Shown: one piece after another, positions 21,419 to 30,036 of the stretch
Layout: each line of letters begins with the position of its first letter
How positions within the stretch are numbered: the stretch's first letter is position 1
Source of the DNA: Vulcanimicrobiota bacterium
Lineage (GTDB): Bacteria > Vulcanimicrobiota > Vulcanimicrobiia > Vulcanimicrobiales > Vulcanimicrobiaceae
Assembly (NCBI GenBank): GCA_963695225.1
Contig: OY968762.1
Location: forward strand, 864,001-928,000
Length of the DNA: 64,000 nucleotides
Reading direction: 5' to 3'
The notes under the pieces: model-generated
The model's database searches: none
Seen by the model: only the letters and a program-made list of their open reading frames with translations
What the model was told of the DNA's origin: nothing
Translations under genes and position numbers: made by a program

Positions 21419-21529
21419 GTCCCGCTCGCTGCCGCCGCGATATCGTGCAATGCATGGAAGGCCCGACTCGGCAGCGTACGACGCCGGAGCCGCGCACCAA
21501 ACCGATCGCAATCAGAAAGGCGCCGGACC

Positions 21530-21901
21530 GTGATCAAACTGTTGAGTGGATTCAGCGAGAACGTCGTCGCAATCGCATGCGAGGGTCGCGTGACCCGCAA
21601 GGACTATGACGACGTGCTGGTGCCTGCAGTGATTGCGGCGCTGAAAGGGCACGAGAAAGTACGGCTGTACTACGAGACCACTCCGCAGTTCGCGGCCATC
21701 GAGGCGGGAGCGATGTGGGAAGATTTCCGCATCGGTATGGAGCATCTTACGCGCTGGGAGCGCATCGCCGTCGTCACCGACGTCGAGTGGATCAGATACG
21801 CCGTCTACGCTTTCGGCTTCTTGTTCCCCGGCATCGTGCGCGTCTTCAGCTACGGCGAAGCGAGCATCGCGCGCGCATGGATCGTCGCGGCAAAGGCGTA
21901 G
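21530..21901 (+). CDS. STAS/SEC14 (SpoIIAA-like) domain protein
   Basis: GRVTRKDY..VLVP, AMWEDFRIG, WERIAVVTDVEWI, ARAWI. Confidence 0.85.
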   Translation: MIKLLSGFSENVVAIACEGRVTRKDYDDVLVPAVIAALKGHEKVRLYYETTPQFAAIEAGAMWEDFRIGMEHLTRWERIAVVTDVEWIRYAVYAFGFLFPGIVRVFSYGEASIARAWIVAAKA

Positions 21902-22204
21902 CTGCTCCGCCCGTTTACTTCGAGCGAGGTCGCCATACTAACGTTTGCCCTCGACGCCGCCTCTGAACGCCTCTCTGGTCTACGCCTGCAACCGCTGCCG
22001 CGGATTGCCGCGAAGTCCCGCCAAGCACCCGTTGGGCTCCGCCTCGGAGCTGTCCAACGAGGCCTTACGTGTTAGTAACGTAGGCGTACGCGATCTCTTG
22101 TTGTATGCCATGACGCAGGAGAGAAGCGGCATCGCTGCCGCTACCCTGCGAAAGGCGGGTTGACCCGCGACTTTTTGACGCTCTCCTACGAGAACGAGCC
22201 GTGC

Positions 22205-22720
22205 TTAGAAGAGGGCAGATACGGGAATCGCGACGCCGAGAACCTCGAAGCTTTCGCCTTCGTGATAGTCGCGGCGCTCGGGGCCATACGATTCGACTTT
22301 GCGCTCTGGAATGTTGACGATCCAGGCCGGGATTCCAGCTGCGATGTAGAGAGGAATCTTCACGTTGCGGTCGTCGAGGTAAGTGGTATCAGCAACTTCG
22401 ATCGCGGCGAGCGTGTCGATCGCTTCGGTTGTCGTTTCGTAGCGTTTGTTGCGAACGACGGCGACGTCGACTTCGGGGGCGTGGGGGCCCTTCCAGCCTG
22501 CGACGGCGATCGGGTCCTGGACCTGGATGGCGTAGATATTCCAGTCAAGGGCGCGAGCAAGATACTCGATCAGCACCCGAACCGCGTTGACGTGGGGCGG
22601 ATTGCGCGGGGACACTTCGTAGATGACTCCATCGACGAGTTCGGTTTGGCCCGGGACTCCCGAAGCCATGTATTCCTCAACACTGAAGCGGTGTGGCCGA
22701 GAAGCGGTAAGGGCGAGCAT
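22205..22720 (-). CDS. Uma2 (DUF820) family endonuclease
   Basis: AGGAGG RBS, MLALTASRPHRFSVEEY, ELVDGVI..SP.NPPH, PEVDVAV, IEVADTT..DDRNVKIPLY..AGIP.WIVN. Confidence 0.9.
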   Translation of the reverse strand: MLALTASRPHRFSVEEYMASGVPGQTELVDGVIYEVSPRNPPHVNAVRVLIEYLARALDWNIYAIQVQDPIAVAGWKGPHAPEVDVAVVRNKRYETTTEAIDTLAAIEVADTTYLDDRNVKIPLYIAAGIPAWIVNIPERKVESYGPERRDYHEGESFEVLGVAIPVSALF

Positions 22721-22800
22721 CTTGCCTCCTATTTTCGGTCCGACCAAACTCGCACCTTTGGTGGCTCCATCGTATAGACCGCTAGACCGCGGCCAGTCAG

Positions 22801-23010
22801 AAACGTCGAGAGCCCCGAATTCCCCGCGTGACGTCCACGACCTACGCGGGCCATCTTGCTCGGCGACGAGCACTTCAAGGCGCTCCAGCAGCGCCTCGGC
22901 CATTCGTCCTCGAGCACTAATGCCGACATCTGCCTCACGCTGCCGGTCGCCGCGCAAAAGCCGCTCGCGGACCGGCTCGACGCCTTCTTCGGCCGTCACG
23001 AGCCGGCCTC
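22801..23010 (+). pseudogene. tyrosine integrase C-terminal relic
   Basis: IPRVT / HDLR (frameshifted) ...LLGDEHFKALQQRLGHSSSSTNADIC...QKPLADRLDAFF; box II H-x-x-R and LGH motifs present, catalytic Tyr position reads Cys; abuts the att site. Confidence 0.8.
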
Positions 23011-23160
23011 GAATGAGGGTACGAATGAGCGAATGAGGGTATTTGCGTCCAAAAACGTTGCATGGGCCAAGCAGAAAAAAAACGCCCAATCCCTTATGGG
23101 ACGGGCGTTTGCGAGATGTGCCGAGAGCCAGAATCGAACTGGCGACACCAGGTTTTTCAG
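22954..23160. repeat. about 205-bp direct repeat of 37626-37830 (integrase tail, arm sites, terminator and tRNA 3' half)
   Basis: Near-identical by eye from GCAAAAGCCGCTCGC through CCAGGTTTTTCAG. Confidence 0.95.
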
Positions 23161-23266
23161 GCCTGCTTAACGACGCACGAATTGCTGTTTTCTTCGTGTT
23201 TTGACGCTCCCATTCGTCTCATAAGTGCCGAACTTCTCGCCCATTGAGGGTACGAATGAGGGTACG
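23011..23266. promoter_or_regulatory. putative integrase arm-type binding repeats TGAGGGTA(CG) flanking the att core
   Basis: GAATGAGGGTAC/T twice at 23011-23042; TGAGGGTACG at 23245-23254 and 23257-23266; same pair at 37683-37713. Confidence 0.65.
23119..23160 (-). repeat. att core: exact 42-bp copy of the tRNA-Phe 3' half
   Basis: TGCCGAGAGCCAGAATCGAACTGGCGACACCAGGTTTTTCAG identical to 37789-37830. Confidence 0.95.
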
Positions 23267-23561
23267 GAAGGACGCCTCTGGTTGGCCTCAATGCTCGCGA
23301 GTGATGGAGCGCCGGAGCGCCGGCGCCCCGTGAGCCTGGCGACGGGACTACCGGCGAGGTCCGCTCGAGCTTGGCCTCACCGCGTCCCGTTTCGAGTGAA
23401 CCGAGCGGCGTTTCCCGCCTCCGCCGCGCTCGACCCCGAGCGGGCCGACTCGTCTTGATGATCCTGGGCGCCGCCGGCAAAAAACTTCAGAGTGAGAGAG
23501 CGTAGGGCGACATTGGAAGGAATCGAGGTAACGAGCCTCGCGAGGCGAAGCCCGGGCTACC

Positions 23562-24218
23562 GTGGGCCGGGCCGCTGCTTCTCGTTTCCCGTTCCTGATC
23601 GCCGTTGCGCTTGTCGCAGCGGCTATAGCCGATCCTGTCGTTGAGTCGATCTCGAACACCGGGGTCCTCGGCGGCCACTATGCCGACGACAATCACACCG
23701 GAGTTCTTCCGACGTTGCTCGCCGGCGTGTTGCTAATTCTCGAGATCGCAGCAGTGCGCTGTTTCCAAGATCTGCGGGGTTCCGGAAGCCGCTCGCTCGA
23801 TCCGCTGGCCGACGTTGCGAGAGGGTTCTCGACGCGCTCGCCGACGCAAGACCTGCCGTGCGTGCTCGCGCTGCAGTTCGCCATCCTTTTCATGTTGGAG
23901 AGCACCGAGCAGCTCGTAGTCGGAGGAAAGCTCCTCGGCGGGATCGCATGGCTAGGCGGCCCGATCTGCTTCAGCCTCCTGACCCACGCGCTCATCGGCA
24001 GCGGATGCTTGCTACTGCTCCGCCGGCTCCTGCGAGCGATGTCGACCGCACTTCTCTCGCTGGTCCGAATCGCGATCGAATTCATCCTGATCGCGCGCGT
24101 GCTCGGGGAGCGCGGCGCCGTCCTTCGCCGGCGCGACGCGCCGGCCCCCCTGCGTGCGCAGGCGCCGCACGTTCGCCAAATCGGCGGCCGCGCGCCGCCG
24201 CTCCTTCAAACGGCTTGA
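23562..24218 (+). CDS. multi-TM leader protein with C-terminal RAPP motif (putative ribosome-arrest regulator)
   Basis: 218 aa, about 4 hydrophobic helices, HYADDNH loop, ends ...IGGRAPPLLQTA*; 54 bp upstream of a TonB receptor. Confidence 0.8.
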   Translation: MGRAAASRFPFLIAVALVAAAIADPVVESISNTGVLGGHYADDNHTGVLPTLLAGVLLILEIAAVRCFQDLRGSGSRSLDPLADVARGFSTRSPTQDLPCVLALQFAILFMLESTEQLVVGGKLLGGIAWLGGPICFSLLTHALIGSGCLLLLRRLLRAMSTALLSLVRIAIEFILIARVLGERGAVLRRRDAPAPLRAQAPHVRQIGGRAPPLLQTA

Positions 24219-24267
24219 GCTCTTTTAGCTAACCGTTTTTCGAAGCGCAGCCGCGCTTCTGAAGGAG
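24201..24267 (+). promoter_or_regulatory. RBS-sequestering RNA structure (anti-SD / SD)
   Basis: CTCCTTCA (24201-24208) is the exact reverse complement of TGAAGGAG (24260-24267, SD of the receptor). It encloses hairpins AAACGG/CCGTTT and GAAGCGC/GCGCTTC. Confidence 0.7.
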
Positions 24268-24272
24268 TCATC

Positions 24273-27065
24273 GTGAAATCATTGCCACGCGCACCGGCGC
24301 TGCTTGCGCTCGCGCTCGTTCTCGTATTCCTTGTAGCCTTCATAGGACACACCGGGATAGCGGGCGCCGCGGAAGCGACGACCGGTTTGATCGCCGGCAC
24401 CGTCACTACGGCGAGCGGGCCGCCGATCCCGAATGCCAAGGTGTCGGCGGCTTCGCCCTCCGGCCGATATTCCGCCGTCACGGACGCTCACGGCCGCTTT
24501 GCGATCCTCGGCGTCGTGCCGGACACGTATCTCGTGACGGCCGAGGCGCAGGGCTTCGAACCTGCGACCCAAGGCGGGGTCACGGTGCTATCGGGGCAGG
24601 AACAACAGGCGTCGTTCCACCTCGAGAAGGGCCTCCGCACCATCGGCAGCGTCCGTGCGAAGAGCCAGGCCTTCGCGCTCGGCGCGCCGAGCGACACCTT
24701 TCACGTAGACGGCGATGCGGCACGCGCACGTTTCCCGACGACGTCCTCGGCCGGGCTTGCAAGCTACACGCAAGGCACCGTGCAAGGTGCGATCGCGAAC
24801 GTGCCGGGCGTTGATCTGGATCCGTTCGCTAACGCCATCTTGCGCGGCGGTCGCGTCAGCGACACGGTCTTCGATTACGATTCGGTCCCGATTCCGCAGG
24901 GCCTCATCGCAGAACCCGGCGGGAATATCGACGGCGCCCAACTCCCGACCACGGGCATCGCGTCGACGAGCGTCACGCTCGCCGGCTATTCGAACGAAAG
25001 CGACAACGCGCTGGGAGGCGTTGTGAATCAGATCCCCGCCGTCGGTTCGTACCCGGGGCGCTCCAGCTTCGAGATCGCGAACGGTGCCGGGACGAAGTAC
25101 CAAGCCTTCGACGTGCAGATCCTCAACGCGACGCCGGATCTCAAGTGGCGCTACGCGTTCGCGAGCAATTTCGGGAACGAGTATCTGCAGTACGGCGACG
25201 GGCGGACGTTCTATCCGGCGGAAGCGGCGACGTACGGGCTCTCGCTCCAGTCCCGGGGCCAATACTCGATCGCAACGAACGTGCACTACCAAGCGACGCC
25301 GAAAGACGACGTCTCGCTCCTGGCCTTGATCGGCCAGGCGGCGTACAATCAGTTCGGCTCGCCGTACGCAGGTCAAACGATCGGCCGGTTCGACGGCGCG
25401 ACGACGGTCTATCCGGGCGAGACCGATCCGAGCGCGCCGGTGAACTACGCGGCGGGAGTCCGCGGCAACTTCGACGTCATCAAGGCGCAGTGGCAGCATA
25501 CGGGGGCGCACGTCTTCTCGCGCCTGCAACTCTATCAATCGCGCACCGGATCCTCCTCCGGCGGACCGTTCTGGGACGAGAACGGCTTCCCCGACGGCTC
25601 GATCTCCCTCTTTCAGAATTCTTGGCAACAACAATACGGTCTCAATCTCGATAACGACGCCGTGTTCGGCCGCCACCGCGTGCGCTTCGGCGCCGAGTAT
25701 CGCACCAACACGTCGTACCTCGATCAAGTCGTTCCGACGGCCGATGAGGTCATCACGTCCCATCCGACGATCGGTTCGTATCTCGCCTATCTCGGCGATA
25801 CGTGGTCCCTCTCGGACCGGCTCGAGCTCATGGGGGCGGCGCGTGCCACGCACGCGAACTTCAAGCCCAGCGTCGGCGGCGCGTACGATCTCGGTGCGAT
25901 CGATCCCCATTTCGGCGCGTCCTACCGTTTGGGGACGAAGTACGCCTTGCGCTTCAACTTCGACCGCATCACGGTAGCGCCCGCTCCCCTGGAAGTCGAT
26001 CGCGTGGATTCAGCGAACGTCGACGCAAACGGAAATCCGGCGCCGTTCGTACCGCTCGGCGCGGAGACCGCGAACGATTTCACCTACTCGTTCGAGGGCG
26101 GCGGCCGCACGCAATTCCGCCTGACGTATTTTCAGAAGCTGGAAAGCAACCTGATCGACGTTCTGCCGTTCAACTTCCGCTCGGCGGTCTCGGCCGGCCT
26201 CAATCCGAGCGGCGTCGGGGTGCCGACGAACATCGGGAATCTGCGCGCAAGCGGCCTCGAGTTGTACGTGAAGAACGGCGGCTTCTCGCTCGGTGCCAAT
26301 CTCAATCGCGCGTTCTCGTCGAGTGCGTCGCAATACGCCTATAACGGCCTCAACGCACCGGCGGTCGCCGCGGGCCATCTCTTCCCGGCGAGTTACCTGC
26401 CGGATTTCGCGCTCGACCTCAAATACGAGTTCGTCACCGCATCGCGACGGCTGCGCATCACGCCGTCGCTCTCCTATTCGACCGGTTACCCGTACGGGAA
26501 CGGGAAGATGGCCTGGATCTTCGACCCGGTCACGGGCAAGCCGGTCCAGGTCCCAAACGACAATTACGTCAATCCGGGCGCCAACTATTACTTCCTCGCG
26601 GATCCGTCGCAGCCGTACAACGCGGCGACGAACCCCTATATCGGGAATCTTGGGACGAACGAAGGGAACGACCCGAATACGCTGCGCTCGACGCCGCAGA
26701 TCTCGGTGAACCTGCATATCGAAGGTGATATCACGCCGCGCCTCACCGCGATCCTCGAGGTCGCGAACGCCTTCGGGAATTTCTCGCCGACGGCGTACCA
26801 AAATAATCCGTATCTGATCGGGCCGCCCGGCTATAAGGGCGGCAACGCGACATACGCCGCCTGCTACGGCCAGATTCTCGCGGGTCAGGTCCCGTGCTTG
26901 CCCGGCCTCCCGGCAGGCACGACGCCTTACACGCTCGGCAACGGCGTGCCGACGAACGACGGCGTCACGCAATCCGTGCCGTGGTCGTACGGCACGTCCG
27001 CCTATATCCCGCAGAGCTATCCGCTCGGACGGACGCTGCAGTTTCGCTTGAGGTACCGCATCTGA
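24273..27065 (+). CDS. TonB-dependent receptor with N-terminal carboxypeptidase-regulatory-like domain
   Basis: Signal peptide, GLIAGTV...PNAKV..TDAHGRF...GVVPDTY.VTAEAQGF domain, plug (IANVPGV, LRGG, GGVVNQI), beta-barrel ending GRTLQFRLRYRI. Confidence 0.9.
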   Translation: MKSLPRAPALLALALVLVFLVAFIGHTGIAGAAEATTGLIAGTVTTASGPPIPNAKVSAASPSGRYSAVTDAHGRFAILGVVPDTYLVTAEAQGFEPATQGGVTVLSGQEQQASFHLEKGLRTIGSVRAKSQAFALGAPSDTFHVDGDAARARFPTTSSAGLASYTQGTVQGAIANVPGVDLDPFANAILRGGRVSDTVFDYDSVPIPQGLIAEPGGNIDGAQLPTTGIASTSVTLAGYSNESDNALGGVVNQIPAVGSYPGRSSFEIANGAGTKYQAFDVQILNATPDLKWRYAFASNFGNEYLQYGDGRTFYPAEAATYGLSLQSRGQYSIATNVHYQATPKDDVSLLALIGQAAYNQFGSPYAGQTIGRFDGATTVYPGETDPSAPVNYAAGVRGNFDVIKAQWQHTGAHVFSRLQLYQSRTGSSSGGPFWDENGFPDGSISLFQNSWQQQYGLNLDNDAVFGRHRVRFGAEYRTNTSYLDQVVPTADEVITSHPTIGSYLAYLGDTWSLSDRLELMGAARATHANFKPSVGGAYDLGAIDPHFGASYRLGTKYALRFNFDRITVAPAPLEVDRVDSANVDANGNPAPFVPLGAETANDFTYSFEGGGRTQFRLTYFQKLESNLIDVLPFNFRSAVSAGLNPSGVGVPTNIGNLRASGLELYVKNGGFSLGANLNRAFSSSASQYAYNGLNAPAVAAGHLFPASYLPDFALDLKYEFVTASRRLRITPSLSYSTGYPYGNGKMAWIFDPVTGKPVQVPNDNYVNPGANYYFLADPSQPYNAATNPYIGNLGTNEGNDPNTLRSTPQISVNLHIEGDITPRLTAILEVANAFGNFSPTAYQNNPYLIGPPGYKGGNATYAACYGQILAGQVPCLPGLPAGTTPYTLGNGVPTNDGVTQSVPWSYGTSAYIPQSYPLGRTLQFRLRYRI

Positions 27066-27152
27066 TGATGCGCGCGATTTCGGATCGGCGTTGAGATCGC
27101 TGTGAGCAGCGAGCGCCGTCACCGAAGTTCGGCGGCGGAGCAGCTCGCAAAC

Positions 27153-27203
27153 AACTGGGGGCACGCCGTCCGCTTAGATGAGCGGGACGACGTGCCCCCA
27201 GTT
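27153..27203. terminator. long inverted repeat between convergent receptor genes (probable bidirectional terminator/stabiliser)
   Basis: AACTGGGGGCACG (27153-27165) / CGTGCCCCCAGTT (27191-27203), extended inward by CGTCC-GCT / AGC-G-GGACG. Confidence 0.6.
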
Positions 27204-27335
27204 CGAACGGCGAGACCCTCGCGATTTCCGCGAACGCCTCGGCGAGCATCTCCGGGAGGTCGCCGGCGGCGAGCCTCGAGGCGCCGCGTTGCCGCGCAAC
27301 ATCTAAGTGATTCACGAGGTCGCGGCGATTTAGAT

Positions 27336-29648
27336 TTAGAGCGGCGCTCCCAGGCGGAAGAGAATCTGCGCGCCGGGAGCCCATTGGGTCGTGTTGAAGC
27401 CGTTTTCGACCTTGACCAAGTAGCGGTAGTTCGTGAAGTTCAGCGCGCGCAGGCTGAAACCGAGCGATCGGCCGACCGGCGCGCGACCGATCGCAGCATC
27501 GAACGTCAAATGCGGCACCAGACGCCCCGCTCCGTTTTGAAACTGCACCGGATAGCCCGTCCCGTACTCGGCGCCGAGCGTCGCATACGTGCGCCGGGCG
27601 GGGCCGAAGCGTTTGGTGTATGCGGTGTTCACGGCCAGCGCTTGGTCGTGATCTTCGGGGTTGAGCGAATTGTCGGCGACGGCGTCGGGCGGGAAGAGGA
27701 ACGTCGCGCCGGAGATCCCTCCGGCGACCGACTGCGAGTAACTCGCCGAGAGATACCAGGAGTCCGCCGCGCCCCGCTGCTCGAGGCGGAGTTCGAGCCC
27801 GTGCGCCAAGCCGAGCGCGTTGTTGAAGACGGCGAAGATCGGCGTCGGGAAGATCTGGGTCGTATCCAGGACGTTCCAAGCGTTGCGCTCCCAGCCGTTC
27901 AGATAGCCGGAGAGCCCGCCCCCGAACGTGTGCGCGAGCCCGATTTCGTAATACGAATCGTGTTCGGGCCGCAGATCGTAGACCGGAAGCGCATCGGCGG
28001 TCGACCCGCCTCCCGCGATGACCGCGTCGCGGCGCGTATCCTCGAGCGCCGGAGCCGCGTAGATCCGGCCGTAATAGGCGTGCACGATCGTTTGCGGGCC
28101 GACTCGCAGGTTCACGCCGGCGCGCGGCTGCAACTCGCTCCCTGAGACGAAGCCGCTCGAGCGATCGTAGCGCAAGCCGAGCTGGAACGAGAGCACGCGG
28201 GAAGGCGTCCATTTGTCCTGCGCATAGACGGCGAACGCGCTGCCGCGCTGGGCCACGTTGTCGAGGAACGGCGCCTCCCCGGGGAGCAGGATCGTCTCCG
28301 CGCTCGTGAAGTTCTCGACCGACGTTTCAGCTCCGACCTTCAGCGCGTGCGCCCCGAACGATCGGAAATACGCGGCACGGATCCCTTCGGCGTTCGCAGC
28401 GCGGTCCTGCGAGAGTCCGGCTAGCGGGCACGGCGGTGCTGCGGGTGCGCAATCATCCGGATTGTAATCGAGCGCAAGAACGTCGTTCGGCAGGTCACCC
28501 GCATAGACGACGCGCGTGTACCGATACCAAGGGATCACTTGCAGGAAACCGTTGCCGTCGCGTGAGGTATGCGTGAAGTTGAGGTTCGCAAAACTGTTGT
28601 ACTCACGCTGCACGTCGGCTTGGCCGGGAACGTTGACGATCGGATCCTCGGCGCTCGCCGTCGTGTTGATCGGGATCTGGTAGGCGTTGAACTGATTCGA
28701 CCAGTCGAAGGCGAGCGTGTCGTGCGGGCCGAGCGGCGTGCTCGTGCGCAGGAAGATATCCGAGAGGCTCGCGTCGTCGTGCAACGCGCTCCGGGTCGGC
28801 GCGTCAAGGCCGCGCGACGTGCTTTCGCTATTGGCATTGAGATAGATCCGCGTCGAACCGGCCGCAAACGCTCCGGCGAAGCTCCCGGTCGCCGTGCCGT
28901 ACGAGCCGACGCCCGGCGAAACGATCGCTTGCGTCCCGCCCGGGGTTCCGGTGTCGCGGCTGGTGACGATGTTGATCACGGCGCCTTGACGTTGGCCGCC
29001 GAATTCGGCGGGAAAGGCGCCCGTGAAGATCTCGAGCGAATCGATGTTGCGCGGATCGATCAGTTCCGAGAAATTCGCGCTCGTGGTCTGCGGAACGGGC
29101 GCGCCGTCGACCTCGTACGTGACGCCGTGGAACCCATGCGCGACGGGTTCGTCGTACGAGAACCGCACGATGCCGGGGACCGTCTCGATCAATCGGTCCA
29201 GGCTCTGACTTTGCGGCAGGCCTTCGATCGTCGTCCGGCCGAGCGTGTTCTCAGAGACCGGTGCACCGCCGATACCGCGACTCGAGACCGTCGCGCGCCC
29301 GATCTCGGGGAGCGTTCCGATCGATAGCGTCAAGGCCGTCACGGAACCCGTCGACACGTCGATCGTCGCGGTCGCGTCGGGCCTTCCCGCTACATGAGCG
29401 GTGACGAGATAGTGCCCGAACGCCACGCGCGGGATCGAGAAGGTTCCCGCCGCGTCGCTCTGCGTCGTGAACGTGGACGCGTCGCCGGAGATCGTCACGA
29501 TCACCCCGGATCGGGCGATGCCGTCGACGGTCACGTGGCCACGAACCAGACCCGCGACATCCGCTCGCGCCGGAAGCGCAGCGAACAGGATCAGCACGAG
29601 CGCGCCGAGCGACGCGCCGGCCCAGAGAGCCCTCGTCGCGCCGCTCAT
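27336..29648 (-). CDS. TonB-dependent receptor with N-terminal carboxypeptidase-regulatory-like domain
   Basis: Start MSGATRALW (ATGA overlap with upstream gene), signal peptide ending PARA, plug LIETVPG..YEVDGAPV..IDSLEIFTGAFPAEFG..GAVINIVT, barrel strands. Confidence 0.9.
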   Translation of the reverse strand: MSGATRALWAGASLGALVLILFAALPARADVAGLVRGHVTVDGIARSGVIVTISGDASTFTTQSDAAGTFSIPRVAFGHYLVTAHVAGRPDATATIDVSTGSVTALTLSIGTLPEIGRATVSSRGIGGAPVSENTLGRTTIEGLPQSQSLDRLIETVPGIVRFSYDEPVAHGFHGVTYEVDGAPVPQTTSANFSELIDPRNIDSLEIFTGAFPAEFGGQRQGAVINIVTSRDTGTPGGTQAIVSPGVGSYGTATGSFAGAFAAGSTRIYLNANSESTSRGLDAPTRSALHDDASLSDIFLRTSTPLGPHDTLAFDWSNQFNAYQIPINTTASAEDPIVNVPGQADVQREYNSFANLNFTHTSRDGNGFLQVIPWYRYTRVVYAGDLPNDVLALDYNPDDCAPAAPPCPLAGLSQDRAANAEGIRAAYFRSFGAHALKVGAETSVENFTSAETILLPGEAPFLDNVAQRGSAFAVYAQDKWTPSRVLSFQLGLRYDRSSGFVSGSELQPRAGVNLRVGPQTIVHAYYGRIYAAPALEDTRRDAVIAGGGSTADALPVYDLRPEHDSYYEIGLAHTFGGGLSGYLNGWERNAWNVLDTTQIFPTPIFAVFNNALGLAHGLELRLEQRGAADSWYLSASYSQSVAGGISGATFLFPPDAVADNSLNPEDHDQALAVNTAYTKRFGPARRTYATLGAEYGTGYPVQFQNGAGRLVPHLTFDAAIGRAPVGRSLGFSLRALNFTNYRYLVKVENGFNTTQWAPGAQILFRLGAPL

Positions 29649-29956
29649 CGCGGCTTGACCGCTGGGGACGCGGGGCGGATGTTCCAGGCCGACCATGGGA
29701 CGGCGCTCGTATCGATCGTCGCGTTGATGACCTCGCCTACGTGGAGCTTCTTTAGGTCGGCGCCGTTCTTGGGCTGGACCGGCATGGTCATCGCCATCGG
29801 CATCGCCGGGAAGGGATCGTGATGGATTTCGAACGTGCCGTGCTTCGCGTCGATCGTGACGACGCGACCGTGAATCTGCTCGATCGCCGCCGGCGATGCG
29901 GCGACGACGAGCGAGAACAGCACGCCGAAAGACGCACCCAAGAAGTGCGTGGGCAT
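29645..29956 (-). CDS. CusF-like periplasmic copper-binding protein
   Basis: GAAGGAG RBS; signal peptide; GRVVTID...IHHDPFPAMPMAMTMPV...LHVGEVI OB-fold with H-x-M-x-M ligands. Confidence 0.8.
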   Translation of the reverse strand: MPTHFLGASFGVLFSLVVAASPAAIEQIHGRVVTIDAKHGTFEIHHDPFPAMPMAMTMPVQPKNGADLKKLHVGEVINATIDTSAVPWSAWNIRPASPAVKPR

Positions 29957-30036
29957 AGTGAGGCTCCTTCTTCTGCGCCTGCCGCACATGCGGCGGCGCG
30001 ACGTTCTTCGGTGCTAGCCCCGTGCGGGGGCGAAGG

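Noticed and set aside
23119..23191. Second tRNA-Phe gene
   Set aside because: Only the 3' 42 nt match; the D-arm and 5' acceptor strand are absent, so it is an att site.
23487..23530. PMSPYALS resembling an NAD-epimerase motif
   Set aside because: Isolated 8-residue match lacking the catalytic Lys and any flanking homology.
27205..27335. HU-like reading (LNRRDLVNHL...) on the minus strand
   Set aside because: No start codon, no GFG.F or RNP motifs; similarity too weak.
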